The notes beneath the pieces are model-generated. The model was given only the letters and a program-made list of their open reading frames with translations. It did not search any database and was not told where the DNA came from. Below, piece after piece: positions 35,761-45,522 of a stretch of DNA of 53,847 bases. The DNA is taken from the NCBI GenBank assembly GCA_023258235.1, contig JALQZP010000001.1, positions 1 through 53,847 of the forward strand. Reading direction: 5' to 3'. The translations under genes and the position numbers were made by a program. Each line of letters begins with the position of its first letter. The stretch's first letter is position 1. Source of the stretch: Terrimicrobiaceae bacterium (lineage in GTDB: Bacteria; Verrucomicrobiota; Verrucomicrobiia; Chthoniobacterales; Terrimicrobiaceae).

Positions 35761-37010
35761 TTTTTGATTTGGCGTGGCGGGGTGCTTTGGGCGCTCAGAA
35801 TCACCGCTTGGAGGGCATCGACGGCGCGGTTGAGTTGCGGGTCGGCGGGAGGGGGGGTGGTTGCGCCCTCTCCCTTCCGGCGCGAGCGGAGCAGGGCGGT
35901 CTCCTGATCGCTCGTGAGCGTCGCGCGAATATGCGGGCTCACGCCGTGTTCGTGAATCAGGTTCCGGCTTGGGGTGAAGTATCTTGCGGTGGTGAGCCGC
36001 GCGGCGGAGCCGTCGGGAAGCGACACGACGCTTTGCACGGACCCCTTGCCGAATGTGGTTTCGCCGACGAGGAGTGCGCGACCGAGGTCCTTGAGCGCCC
36101 CGGCAACAATCTCCGAGCCGCTCGCGCTTGCATAGTTCGTCAGGACGGCAATCGGATATTCGCGCTGCGAGGTCGATTTGGCGGATGTGCGGTATTCCCG
36201 CGACGGGGTGCGGCCCTCGGTCGAGACGACCAGTGTGTTGGGTTCCACAAATTCCCCGCACACATCGACTGCACTGCCGAGAAGCCCGCCTGGATTGTAT
36301 CGCAGGTCGAGCACGAGAGCGTCCATGCCGCTTTTTTCGAGGTTGTTGAGGGCCGTGGCCAGTTCGGTCGCCGTGGGTTCATTGAACTGAGTGATGCGGA
36401 CATAGCCGATGCGGGGTCGTGTTTTTTCAAAAGAGGGGAGGATCTGTGCATCCTTCACGCTGGGCACTTTGATGATGGCGCGGACGATCTCAAAATCCTT
36501 CACCTGCGATGTGGAAGGCCGGTTGATCGTGAGGGTCACTTTCTCGCCAGCTTTGCCTCGAAGTTTGTCGATGGCGGAGTTGATGTTGAGCTTCTCGGTC
36601 GATTCGCCGTTGATCTTTAAAATCTGATCTCCGGGGAGGAGGCCCGCCTCGAATCCCGGCGTGTCTTCCATCGGGTGCAGGATGGTGAGGATGCCTGACT
36701 TCTGAGTGAGCGTGACACCGAGTCCGGCAAATTCGCTTTTCGTATCCTCCTGCATGTTTTTGAAGTCTTTAGGCTCCATGAACTGGCTATGCGGGTCGAG
36801 GTTGTCGAGCATGCCGTGGAGGGCGCTGTAGGTGAGATCTTTGTAACTGGTCTTGGAATCGTTCACGTAGTCTTGGCGGATCAATTGCATGGCCCGCGTG
36901 AGGATTTCGAGTTGCTCGTAGGGGGAATCCTCTTTCTCGGAGCTTTGGGTTTTCTCCCCCCTTGCCGAGAAGCATGCCACAAGCATTGTTAAAAAAAGGA
37001 GATAACGCAT
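35757..37010 (-). CDS. ctpA: S41 family carboxy-terminal processing peptidase
   Basis: Has a signal peptide and a PDZ region (GL.PGD.ILKING). LVLDLRYNPGG, the catalytic serine context ASASGSEIVAGALKD and the lysine context GETTFGKGSVQ are all present. Confidence 0.9.
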   Translation of the reverse strand: MRYLLFLTMLVACFSARGEKTQSSEKEDSPYEQLEILTRAMQLIRQDYVNDSKTSYKDLTYSALHGMLDNLDPHSQFMEPKDFKNMQEDTKSEFAGLGVTLTQKSGILTILHPMEDTPGFEAGLLPGDQILKINGESTEKLNINSAIDKLRGKAGEKVTLTINRPSTSQVKDFEIVRAIIKVPSVKDAQILPSFEKTRPRIGYVRITQFNEPTATELATALNNLEKSGMDALVLDLRYNPGGLLGSAVDVCGEFVEPNTLVVSTEGRTPSREYRTSAKSTSQREYPIAVLTNYASASGSEIVAGALKDLGRALLVGETTFGKGSVQSVVSLPDGSAARLTTARYFTPSRNLIHEHGVSPHIRATLTSDQETALLRSRRKGEGATTPPPADPQLNRAVDALQAVILSAQSTPPRQIKK

Positions 37011-37147
37011 CGCGATAGATTAGCATTCCCGTCGATTTTGCCAAATGCGGATCGCTTCATTGCGATGGAATAAATTCACCGGCCAGCGGGTGCGCATTGA
37101 CTCCGGTGGTTTGATCCTCAAAAATGCGAAGCTAGGCCAACCATACC

Positions 37148-38602
37148 ATGAAAAACCTTTTCCGCACCAAATCCATCGAGCAACTCACCCGCGAGGCACA
37201 AGACGGAAATACTGGTCTCAAGCGCGTCCTCACTCGCATGAATCTGATCGCACTGGGTATCGGGGCCGTGATTGGCACCGGCATCTTTGTGCTCACCGGA
37301 CATGCGGCGGCGGACTTCGCCGGTCCCGCTGTGGCTCTTTCCTACGTGCTGTCCGGATTGGGCTGTTTGTTTGCGGGGCTCTGCTACGCCGAGTATTCCT
37401 CTTCGCTTCCGATCGCCGGGAGCGCCTACACTTATACCTATGCCACGCTCGGTGAGTTCATGGCGTGGATTATCGGATGGGATCTCATTTTGGAATACCT
37501 CTTCGCCGCTTCCACGGTGGCCGTGGGTTGGTCGAAACATTTCATTCCTTTTATGAAGGATTTTTTTGGCATCCAGCTACCCGAGCACTTCTGCCGCGCC
37601 CCGCTTGATTATGTGGATGGCAAGATGATCGCGACGGAAAACTTCATCAATGTGCCGGCAATTCTTTTGGTCTGGGTTATCACGGCGCTTCTCGTTGTGG
37701 GAATCAAGGAGTCCGTGCGCTTCAACAACCTCATGGTGGCGATCAAAGTGGTGATCATCCTCATGGTGATAGCGCTCGGTTGGGGGTACATGAACCCCGA
37801 CAATCTGACGCCTTTCATTCCCGAAAACACCGGCGAAATGGGCAAGTTCGGATGGAGCGGCATTCTCAAGGGAGCAGGGGTGATCTTTTTCGCCTACATT
37901 GGATTCGATGCGGTTTCGACCGCTGCCCAAGAAACCAAAAACCCCCAGAAAGATCTTATCTGGGGAATGATCGGTTCATTGGTCATATGCGGTATCCTCT
38001 TTGTGGCGATGTCGGTGGTCCTTTGCGGCATGGTCGACTACAAGGAACTTCGGGTTGACGCTCCTGTTGTCTATGCCTTGGAGAAAGCCGCAGGCGATGG
38101 TTTGAAGTGGCTGCGGATGTCGGTGGAGTTGGCTGTTCTCGCCGGATTGAGTTCGGTGATCCTCGTTCTCCTGATGGGCCAACCCCGCATTTTTTTCAGC
38201 ATGGCCAAGGACGGATTGCTGCCACCGGTTTTCGCTAAAGTTCATCCCAAGTTCCGAACGCCTTATATTACCACGATCATGACCGGACTTCTTTGCTCTG
38301 CGATGGCCGGTTTCCTTCCGCTCAATCTTCTAGGTGAGTTGGTCTCGATTGGCACATTGCTGGCCTTTACTGTGGTTTGCATCGGCGTTGTGGTGCTGCG
38401 CAAGACCCGTCCCGACATGCCCCGTCCCTTCCGTACGCCCCTGGTGCCGTTGGTTCCGATTCTCGGCGCGTTGATTTGTGTGGCTCAAACGGTGTTGCTT
38501 CCATCGGATACTTGGCTGCGTTTGCTCATCTGGATGGCACTCGGAGTCATGGTCTATTTCCTCTACGGAAAAAAACACAGCCACCTCAATCAACCGCAGT
38601 AA
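37148..38602 (+). CDS. APC superfamily amino acid permease (cationic amino acid transporter-like)
   Basis: 484 aa with ~12-13 TM segments. The N-terminal block L.R.L...NLIALGIGAVIGTGIFVLTG and AGSAYTYTY are typical of the AA_permease/CAT family. Confidence 0.85.
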   Translation: MKNLFRTKSIEQLTREAQDGNTGLKRVLTRMNLIALGIGAVIGTGIFVLTGHAAADFAGPAVALSYVLSGLGCLFAGLCYAEYSSSLPIAGSAYTYTYATLGEFMAWIIGWDLILEYLFAASTVAVGWSKHFIPFMKDFFGIQLPEHFCRAPLDYVDGKMIATENFINVPAILLVWVITALLVVGIKESVRFNNLMVAIKVVIILMVIALGWGYMNPDNLTPFIPENTGEMGKFGWSGILKGAGVIFFAYIGFDAVSTAAQETKNPQKDLIWGMIGSLVICGILFVAMSVVLCGMVDYKELRVDAPVVYALEKAAGDGLKWLRMSVELAVLAGLSSVILVLLMGQPRIFFSMAKDGLLPPVFAKVHPKFRTPYITTIMTGLLCSAMAGFLPLNLLGELVSIGTLLAFTVVCIGVVVLRKTRPDMPRPFRTPLVPLVPILGALICVAQTVLLPSDTWLRLLIWMALGVMVYFLYGKKHSHLNQPQ

Positions 38603-38623
38603 CGGACAGATTGTTCGCGGGTT

Positions 38624-39052
38624 TTATTGAGGTTTCGCATTCGGCGGAAGCGCGCCGAAGCCGAGTGCGGTGACTCCTGATTCGTTGCAAAGATCCAGCA
38701 CTTGCAGGATTCTTTCATAAGGCACCGATTTGTCGGACCGAAGGACCACCGATTGTCCGGCGTCCAGCTTCACCAAATTGGAGAGCATATCGCGGAGGCC
38801 GGCATCCTTGATGGGTCGTTGGTTCACGGTGATCTCGCCGCCTGGGCGGATATTGACTAGGATGGGGGATTTGAGAGCGGAATGTTGCGGGGCGGAGGAA
38901 GACTTCGGGAGTTCGATCGCAAGCTCGGACTCAATGCGGCTTTCCGTCCAGCTGACGAGCAAGAAAATCACTAACACAAGCAGAACGTCCACGAGCGAGG
39001 TGACGTTGAAAAAGAGGCCCTGCGGGATTTGTTTGGCACTTCGAAAGGTCAT
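38624..39052 (-). CDS. exbD: ExbD/TolR family biopolymer transport protein
   Basis: 142 aa with a single N-terminal TM segment (NVTSLVDVLLVLVIFLLV). The periplasmic domain carries V.LRSDKSVPYERILQVLD, typical of ExbD/TolR. Confidence 0.8.
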   Translation of the reverse strand: MTFRSAKQIPQGLFFNVTSLVDVLLVLVIFLLVSWTESRIESELAIELPKSSSAPQHSALKSPILVNIRPGGEITVNQRPIKDAGLRDMLSNLVKLDAGQSVVLRSDKSVPYERILQVLDLCNESGVTALGFGALPPNAKPQ

Positions 39053-39110
39053 TGTGATCGAGATTCCAAGGCTAAGCGGGTTTGGGCGTTCCTGCCAACC
39101 GGAATCCGCA

Positions 39111-40475
39111 CTAAAAGGCTTTGCGCAGGTGGCTCGGAAGGATGCCCAGTTGCTCGCGGTATTTGGCCACTGTTCGCCGTGCGACGCCGAGTCCTCGTTC
39201 GGAGAGCATCTTGACGATGTTTTGGTCGCTGTAGGGATGCTGAGGGTTTTCTTCCCGGACGATTTGGGCGATGGCCTGGCGAACGCTTTCGTTACTCACC
39301 GTTTCGCCGTCGCTATTCGTGTATCCGTGGGTGAAGAAATACTTCATCTCGAAGATTCCTTGGGGAGTGGCCATGAATTTACCAGCGGCTGCGCGGCTGA
39401 CAGTCGTTTCGTGGACACCCACCGCATCGGCGACCTGGCTCATCGTCATCGGTTTCAGGTGGGCCGCGCCGAGGTCCATGAACTCTTTCTGCTGGACCAC
39501 GATTTCCCGGGCGATGTTCAATATCGTCTGCTGGCGTTGCTGGATGCTTTTGATGAAAAAATTGCCACCTCGGATTTTATCCCGCAGGTAGTCCCGCACT
39601 TCCTTTGTGCTTCCGGAAAGCATGTCTTTGTAGTCGTCCGAAATCCGGAGCCGGGGGATCTCGTCGCTGTTCAGCGAGACCGAGTAGCCATCTCCGTCGT
39701 TTTCAATGAGCACCTCGGGAGTCACGATCTGGTTGGTGTCGGGCGCGTAGGCGCGACCGGGTAACGGATCGAGTTGGGCGATGACCTCCGCGGCGTGCTG
39801 AACCTCGGCGGGCTCCAGATCGAGAGCTTTGGCGATTTCCTGGATTTTTTTGCGACCGAGTTCATCGAGGTAGTGCTTCACGATGCGTGTCTCGGTCGAG
39901 TATTGGCGCCCTTGGTTTTTAAGTTGGAGAAGCAGACACTCGGAGAGGTTTCGGGCTCCGACACCGGGGGGATCGAATTCCTGCACCTTTTCCAGAACGC
40001 GTTCCACATCGAATGCCATCACGTCAAGTTCCGCTGCGATATCATCCAGTTCCGCGCGCAGGTATCCGCCGGCGTCGAGATTTCCGATGATTTCCACAGC
40101 GATTTCGGCGTCCTCCCTCGGCCAGGATGCCGTGCTGAGTTGCTCCAGTAGGTGCTCCGCGAGGGTGGGCGGGCGGACTTGGGAGTCTAAAAAATGCTGC
40201 CTCCGCTCGAGGGCCTCTTGCGTCCAAGGTTCCGCTGTTGAACGCTGAGCGTAGTATTCAGACCATTGCTCATCCAGCTTGCTGGTCTCCTTTTTGTCCA
40301 ACGGGTCGGATTTGTCCGGAACGATCTCCTCCAGGGCGGGATTTGCGCGCAGTTCGGAATCCACGAGTTGGCGCAATTCGGTGAGGGGGGCTTGCAGGAT
40401 ATTCAGGCTCTGTTGCATCTGTGGCGACAGCGTTTGCTGAAGAGCCATCCCTGCGACTTGTTGCATGCCTGCCAT
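39111..40475 (-). CDS. rpoN: RNA polymerase sigma-54 factor
   Basis: Region I is Gln/Leu-rich (LQQTLSPQMQQSLNILQ). An HTH and the RpoN box ARRTVAKYRE lie near the C-terminus. An alternative start at Met 40448 is possible. Confidence 0.9.
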   Translation of the reverse strand: MAGMQQVAGMALQQTLSPQMQQSLNILQAPLTELRQLVDSELRANPALEEIVPDKSDPLDKKETSKLDEQWSEYYAQRSTAEPWTQEALERRQHFLDSQVRPPTLAEHLLEQLSTASWPREDAEIAVEIIGNLDAGGYLRAELDDIAAELDVMAFDVERVLEKVQEFDPPGVGARNLSECLLLQLKNQGRQYSTETRIVKHYLDELGRKKIQEIAKALDLEPAEVQHAAEVIAQLDPLPGRAYAPDTNQIVTPEVLIENDGDGYSVSLNSDEIPRLRISDDYKDMLSGSTKEVRDYLRDKIRGGNFFIKSIQQRQQTILNIAREIVVQQKEFMDLGAAHLKPMTMSQVADAVGVHETTVSRAAAGKFMATPQGIFEMKYFFTHGYTNSDGETVSNESVRQAIAQIVREENPQHPYSDQNIVKMLSERGLGVARRTVAKYREQLGILPSHLRKAF

Positions 40476-40553
40476 ATTGCGACGAATCGTCAGGCATGAA
40501 TGCTGCTACCGCAAGCATTTTTCGCGCCACTTTGAAATGCAGGTAAAAGGGTG

Positions 40554-40572
40554 TTTTTTTTGTCAAAAAAAA
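40554..40572. repeat. T8-GTC-A8 near-palindrome in the rpoN/htrA divergent intergenic region
   Basis: ttttttttgtcaaaaaaaa was read directly from the sequence. It is flanked by two CCACTT(T)GAAAT(G/A)C copies at 40527..40540 and 40582..40594. Confidence 0.5.
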
Positions 40573-40620
40573 TTAAGCCATCCACTTGAAATACGTCTGC
40601 TTCGTTGTAGTTTGCCGTCC

Positions 40621-42066
40621 ATGATCAGGCAGATTTGTTTATCCGTATTTCCATTGCTGGCTGCGGTAGCCCCTGCAGCGGAACCGGTCGCTCCGCCAGT
40701 CCCGATTTTGCAGCAATTGAACGCGTCATTCTCCTCCGTTTTCTCGAAGGCCTCGCCTTCGGTGGTGGTGATCGAAGCCAAAGGTCAACCGGAGAGCGCG
40801 GTTCCCGACGGGTTGGAGTTGTTTTTCCGGGGCCCCAACGGGGTTCCTTATCGTATTAAGCCGGAAAAAAACGGCCCGACGCCCGAGGTCTCGCCGAATA
40901 TCGGTTCGGGTTTTATCATCAGTGCGGATGGTCGGATTCTCACCAACAATCATGTCATTGCCGATTCGGTCGAGATTTCAGTGAAACTCAAAGACGGGCG
41001 CCGCTATGCGGCCGAAGTGATTGGGGCGGACGAGCGCAGCGATCTGGCCGTGTTGAAAATCAACGCTCCGGATCTTCCGGTCGCCGAGTTGGGGGATAGC
41101 GATGCGGTGAAGGTCGGGGAGTTTGCCTTTGCCATCGGCACGCCCTTGGAGCTTCCTTACACTTTCACCTTCGGAGTCGTGAGCGCGAAGGGGCGCACAC
41201 TCGGGCTGGGCGGCCACTATGATGAATACCTCCAGACCGATACCTCCATCAACCCCGGCAATAGTGGCGGGCCGCTTTGCGATATCCAAGGTCGCGTGAT
41301 TGGAATCAACACGCTCATCAGTGGCAGCAATCGCGGCGTGGGCTTTGCCATACCCATCAATGCGGCGAAAGATGTCGCGAGCCAAATCGTTTCCAAGGGC
41401 TACGTGAGTCGGCCCTGGTTGGGGGTTTCCATCGCGAGTCTTGAGGATTTGAAGCAATGGCATGGCCTGTTCCAAGGCGCGAGTCGAGGGGTGGTTGTCC
41501 GAGGGGTTGAGCCTGGAGCCCCGGCCCAGATGAGCGATCTCGTTCCCGGCGATGTGATCACGAAAGTCGATGGCAAAACTGTCGAGGTTGCCTCCGATTT
41601 GCAACGCGAAATCCTAACCAAAAAAATCGGCCAAAGCGTGGTATTGGATGTGGTCCGGCAGGGCAAATCTCTGCGCATCGCGGTGAAAACCGGTGAGCAG
41701 CCGGACAAGTTTATGCGGGCCTCGGTGCGCCGTCCCGCATCCCCTTCCACAGCGCCGCGTACGAATCCCCCCGTGGCTCCATCGACTCCTGGGCTAACGG
41801 TTAAAAGCGCGACTCCGGAAAATCTCGCCGCGCTCCAGATCCACCGCAAGGAAAGCGGCGGAGTTGTTGTTACGGAGGTCGAGCCCTACAGTTCTTCCGC
41901 AGCGGCCGGACTCGAGGTCGGGGACGTGATCACCGAGGCCGGAGGCCGTCCTGTCTTTGATCCGCAGGACTTGGAGGCGGCACTCGGTTTGGCCGATCAA
42001 GATCAAGGCGTTCTTCTTCTTTTGGACCGTCGGGGACGGAAAACATTCGCGATTCTCAAGCCCTGA
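40621..42066 (+). CDS. htrA: HtrA/DegP family periplasmic serine protease with two PDZ domains
   Basis: The signal peptide starts at ATG 40621 (MIRQICLSVFPLLAAVAPA). The catalytic triad contexts are TNNHVI, DLAVLKI and GNSGGPL. Two PDZ-like segments are present (PGDVITKVDG and VGDVITEAGG). Confidence 0.9.
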   Translation: MIRQICLSVFPLLAAVAPAAEPVAPPVPILQQLNASFSSVFSKASPSVVVIEAKGQPESAVPDGLELFFRGPNGVPYRIKPEKNGPTPEVSPNIGSGFIISADGRILTNNHVIADSVEISVKLKDGRRYAAEVIGADERSDLAVLKINAPDLPVAELGDSDAVKVGEFAFAIGTPLELPYTFTFGVVSAKGRTLGLGGHYDEYLQTDTSINPGNSGGPLCDIQGRVIGINTLISGSNRGVGFAIPINAAKDVASQIVSKGYVSRPWLGVSIASLEDLKQWHGLFQGASRGVVVRGVEPGAPAQMSDLVPGDVITKVDGKTVEVASDLQREILTKKIGQSVVLDVVRQGKSLRIAVKTGEQPDKFMRASVRRPASPSTAPRTNPPVAPSTPGLTVKSATPENLAALQIHRKESGGVVVTEVEPYSSSAAAGLEVGDVITEAGGRPVFDPQDLEAALGLADQDQGVLLLLDRRGRKTFAILKP

Positions 42067-42145
42067 TCCTGCGGATGTGAATCCGATGGCCGTTTTTGCA
42101 GGGCGAGGGAAATAATTCTTCCATCAAGACCGGGAATCGCCTTGT

Positions 42146-43231
42146 ATGTTTCCCGTGGTTTTTTATTGGCTTGGCAAAATTTCCGGTGCGTTGAACAGAT
42201 GCATCGTTTCCGCTTTTCTTGCGGGGCTCGGAATGTGTTCGGCGCAAGCGGCGGAGTCCGGGGACGTTCACTTGGTCGCGGATATTTTCCGACCGCTCTC
42301 GCGACCGGCCGAAATGCTTTTGGAGCCGACTCAACTTGTTTTGCTGGTCACGCTTGGCATTTTTTTGGTCGTTGTGGGTGTTTTGGTCTTTGTTCTTATC
42401 CAGTTTCGCCCCCGTGGTCCGGAAGATCATCTCACCGAGCCACCCCAGATTTACGGCAGTAACAATATCGAGATGGCTTGGACAGTCATTCCCTGTCTCG
42501 TTGTTTTCGTGCTGGTCCTTGTTTCCGCCCGTTCGATCGTCGAGATTCAAGACGCCCCGGTGCCGGAAAATGCGATCCATATCCGTCTCGTCGGGCATCA
42601 ATGGTGGTGGGAAATTCATTATCCCGAACTCGGCATCACTACCGCCAACGAGATTCATATTCCGGTCAGCACACGGAATGGCGTTCAAACTCCGACCCAT
42701 ATCCAGCTCGAGTCCGCCGATGTGATTCACAGCTTCTGGGTTCCTCAGATGGCTGGAAAGACCGATCTTGTGCCGAACCGGATCAACAAAACCTGGATGG
42801 AGCCTTTCCAAGTCGGCACATTTCTCGGCAATTGCGCCGAATACTGCGGAACCCAGCATGCCAATATGCTTCTTCGGGTTATCGTTCATGAGCCGAAAGA
42901 GTTTCAAAAATGGGTGGAATCCCAAAAGCGTCCCACAGCCGAGCCTGAGGGCGCCCTTGCCATCCAAGGCAAAAAAGATTTCTTCGATCTCTCCTGCATC
43001 AATTGCCATACCGTCGATGGAACACTGGCGAAAGGGGTCTTTGGTCCCGATCTGACGAAATTCGCGACCCGCCAGACACTCGGGGCTGGGGTGGCGCCTC
43101 GAACTCCGGCGGATATACGCGCTTGGTTGGCCAATCCCGACTCTTTAAAACCCGGTTGTTATATGCCGGATATGAAACTGACACCGCAGCAACTCGACGG
43201 TCTTGTTGCTTATCTGGAAACGCTGAAATAG
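42146..43231 (+). CDS. ctaC: Cytochrome c oxidase subunit II with fused C-terminal cytochrome c domain (caa3-type)
   Basis: The CuA site is HSFWVP...CAEYCGTQHANM. A C-terminal CINCH heme c motif with a downstream CYMPDM Met ligand context is present. Confidence 0.9.
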   Translation: MFPVVFYWLGKISGALNRCIVSAFLAGLGMCSAQAAESGDVHLVADIFRPLSRPAEMLLEPTQLVLLVTLGIFLVVVGVLVFVLIQFRPRGPEDHLTEPPQIYGSNNIEMAWTVIPCLVVFVLVLVSARSIVEIQDAPVPENAIHIRLVGHQWWWEIHYPELGITTANEIHIPVSTRNGVQTPTHIQLESADVIHSFWVPQMAGKTDLVPNRINKTWMEPFQVGTFLGNCAEYCGTQHANMLLRVIVHEPKEFQKWVESQKRPTAEPEGALAIQGKKDFFDLSCINCHTVDGTLAKGVFGPDLTKFATRQTLGAGVAPRTPADIRAWLANPDSLKPGCYMPDMKLTPQQLDGLVAYLETLK

Positions 43232-43237
43232 CCGCCA

Positions 43238-44935
43238 ATGGAAAACGATATCCTCATCGAAGACGATTACCGATTGCCGGATCCCGTTCGTCTGGGAGAC
43301 GAGCCCGGTTCTTTCACGCGGATCATTCAGAAAATTGTCTTCACGGTGGATCATAAAATATTGGGCTTGATGTATATCGGTTCGGCTCTTTTCTTTTTTG
43401 TGATTGCCGGCCTGCTGGCCTCTCTGATGCGAATCCAGCTCATGTATCCGAACAACACGTTTCTTGGACCGAATGCGTTCAATACGAGCTTCACCATGCA
43501 TGGCACGACCATGGTCTTCCTTGTCGGCATGCCGATGGCTTTCGGATTTGCCAACTACCTCGTGCCGCTCATGATCGGGGCGAGGGACATGGCATTTCCG
43601 CGTCTCAATGCCTTCGGATTCTGGGTCTTCTTTTTCGGGGGATGCCTTCTGTTTTTCAGCTATCTGGGCGCGCCGGGTCTTTATGCGGCTGGCTCCGCTC
43701 CCGATGTCGGATGGTTTGCCTATTCGCCCCTCACCGCCAGGGCGTTTTCAAGGGGACACAGCACCGATTACTGGACTCTGTCTCTGCTCCTAGGCGGGGT
43801 GGGAAGCGTGGCGACCGCGCTCAATGTTTTGGTGACCGTCATTTGTTGCCGATGCAAGGGAATGACTCTTGGTCGGTTGCCTATTTTTGTTTGGAGCATG
43901 CTGGTTCTTTCTTTTCTGGTGATCCTTGCCCTGCCTTGCCTCTCGGCGTGCCAGATCATGATCACGCTTGACCGCTATCTGGGGGCGAAGTTTTTCGATA
44001 CCCAAGCCGGTGGCTCCGCTGTTCTCTGGCAGCACTTCTTCTGGATTTTCGGCCACCCCGAAGTTTACATTCTCATCATGCCGGCCTTTGCGATCACCTC
44101 GGAAGTGATTCCGGTTTTCTCGCGCAAGCCGATTTTCGGCTACCCGATCATGGTGGCGGCCCTGGTGTCGATTTCTTTTATTAGTCTGGGAGTTTGGGCC
44201 CACCACATGTTTTGCGTTGGCATGACCTCGCTCGAAAATGCCTTTTTCGTCACCTCCACACTCTTGGTTTCCATTCCCACGGGTATTAAAATATTTAATT
44301 GGATCGCAACGATGTATGGAGGAAGATTGCGATTCGAGTTGCCCCTGATTTTTGCCGTGGGATTCCTGTTCCAATTCCTCATTGCGGGACTCACCGGCGT
44401 GATGTTGGCGGTCGCTCCCTTTGACTGGCAACTTTCGGACTCCTACTTCGTTGTGGCCCACTTCCATTACGTTCTGATTGGGGGTCTTCTCTTCACGATT
44501 TTCTCCGGGATTTACTACTGGTATCCCAAGGCCTTCGGGAGAATGCCGAATTTCAAACTCGGTCTCTGGCATTTTGTCTTTTTTACGATCGGCTTTCATA
44601 TGACTTTTCTGCCTCAGCATTTTCTCGGTTTTCTCGGGATGCCTCGCCGGATTTACACTTACCAAGCCGATCGCGGATGGGACGAATGGAACTTTGTTTC
44701 TACCATTGGTGTTCTTTTTCAAGCTGTTGGAATCCTGTTTTTTGTATATAATCTCATTTACTCGTATATCCGTGGGGAGAGTGCCGGAGAGGATCCATGG
44801 GATGCCTGGACTCTGGAGTGGGCGACGACGTCGCCGCCGCCGGATTACAATTTTGCGGAGATGCCTGTCGTCAAAAGCCGCCGACCCCTTTGGGATGCCA
44901 AACATCCGGATGATCCCGACTGGAAATACGAATGA
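43238..44935 (+). CDS. ctaD: Cytochrome c oxidase subunit I
   Basis: Contains WFFGHPEVY-type WIFGHPEVYILIMPAF, HHMF and VAHFHYV blocks. It has 12 or more TM segments. Confidence 0.95.
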   Translation: MENDILIEDDYRLPDPVRLGDEPGSFTRIIQKIVFTVDHKILGLMYIGSALFFFVIAGLLASLMRIQLMYPNNTFLGPNAFNTSFTMHGTTMVFLVGMPMAFGFANYLVPLMIGARDMAFPRLNAFGFWVFFFGGCLLFFSYLGAPGLYAAGSAPDVGWFAYSPLTARAFSRGHSTDYWTLSLLLGGVGSVATALNVLVTVICCRCKGMTLGRLPIFVWSMLVLSFLVILALPCLSACQIMITLDRYLGAKFFDTQAGGSAVLWQHFFWIFGHPEVYILIMPAFAITSEVIPVFSRKPIFGYPIMVAALVSISFISLGVWAHHMFCVGMTSLENAFFVTSTLLVSIPTGIKIFNWIATMYGGRLRFELPLIFAVGFLFQFLIAGLTGVMLAVAPFDWQLSDSYFVVAHFHYVLIGGLLFTIFSGIYYWYPKAFGRMPNFKLGLWHFVFFTIGFHMTFLPQHFLGFLGMPRRIYTYQADRGWDEWNFVSTIGVLFQAVGILFFVYNLIYSYIRGESAGEDPWDAWTLEWATTSPPPDYNFAEMPVVKSRRPLWDAKHPDDPDWKYE

Positions 44936-45522
44936 GTGCGAATACCGAAATCGACAATGTCTGGAAATTGCCCTCCCACCGCAAGGTGGGCATGGTCACG
45001 CTGATTCTAGCGGAATCCGCCCTCTTCACTATTTTTGTGGTGGCTTACCTTTTCTACATGGGGAAAAGCCTCAATCCTCCATTTCCAAGGGAGGTTCTGG
45101 AATTTCCTTTACTCGGGAGCATCGCCTTGTTTAGTAGCAGTGCCACGATTTTTCTTGCGGAGAAAGCGTTACACAAAGGGAACCGCGCCGGCTTTCTTTT
45201 CTGGTGGGGCTTCACGTTGGTGTTGGGCGTTTATTTCCTCTATTTTACGGGCACCGAATGGGTGAAGTTGATCTATGTGGACGGTCTCACCATTGCCACG
45301 AATACGTTCGGCACGACATTTTACTCCCTCGTCGGTCTTCATGCGTTTCACGTTGTGGTCGGGGTGATGCTTCTTTTAGGCATCTTCATAGCCGGAATCC
45401 GCAACCGCCTTAAAGCCAGCCATACCGAGCATGTCGAGGCGATTTCCTATTACTGGCACTTTGTGGACTGCATTTGGATTGTCGTCCTGAGCGTCGTTTA
45501 TATCATCAGCGTCAGAGTATGA
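44932..45522 (+). CDS. ctaE: Cytochrome c oxidase subunit III
   Basis: 196 aa with 5 TM segments. Contains FYSLVGLHAFHVVVG and YWHFVD blocks. The start forms an ATGA overlap with the ctaD stop. Confidence 0.85.
   Translation: MSANTEIDNVWKLPSHRKVGMVTLILAESALFTIFVVAYLFYMGKSLNPPFPREVLEFPLLGSIALFSSSATIFLAEKALHKGNRAGFLFWWGFTLVLGVYFLYFTGTEWVKLIYVDGLTIATNTFGTTFYSLVGLHAFHVVVGVMLLLGIFIAGIRNRLKASHTEHVEAISYYWHFVDCIWIVVLSVVYIISVRV

Noticed and set aside
37011-37147. The leader upstream of the amino acid permease, checked for a riboswitch (caccgg...ccggtg hairpin).
   Set aside because: It contains only a 6-bp stem. I could not recognise a lysine, glycine or other amino-acid riboswitch consensus by eye. 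An Infernal/Rfam scan would be needed.
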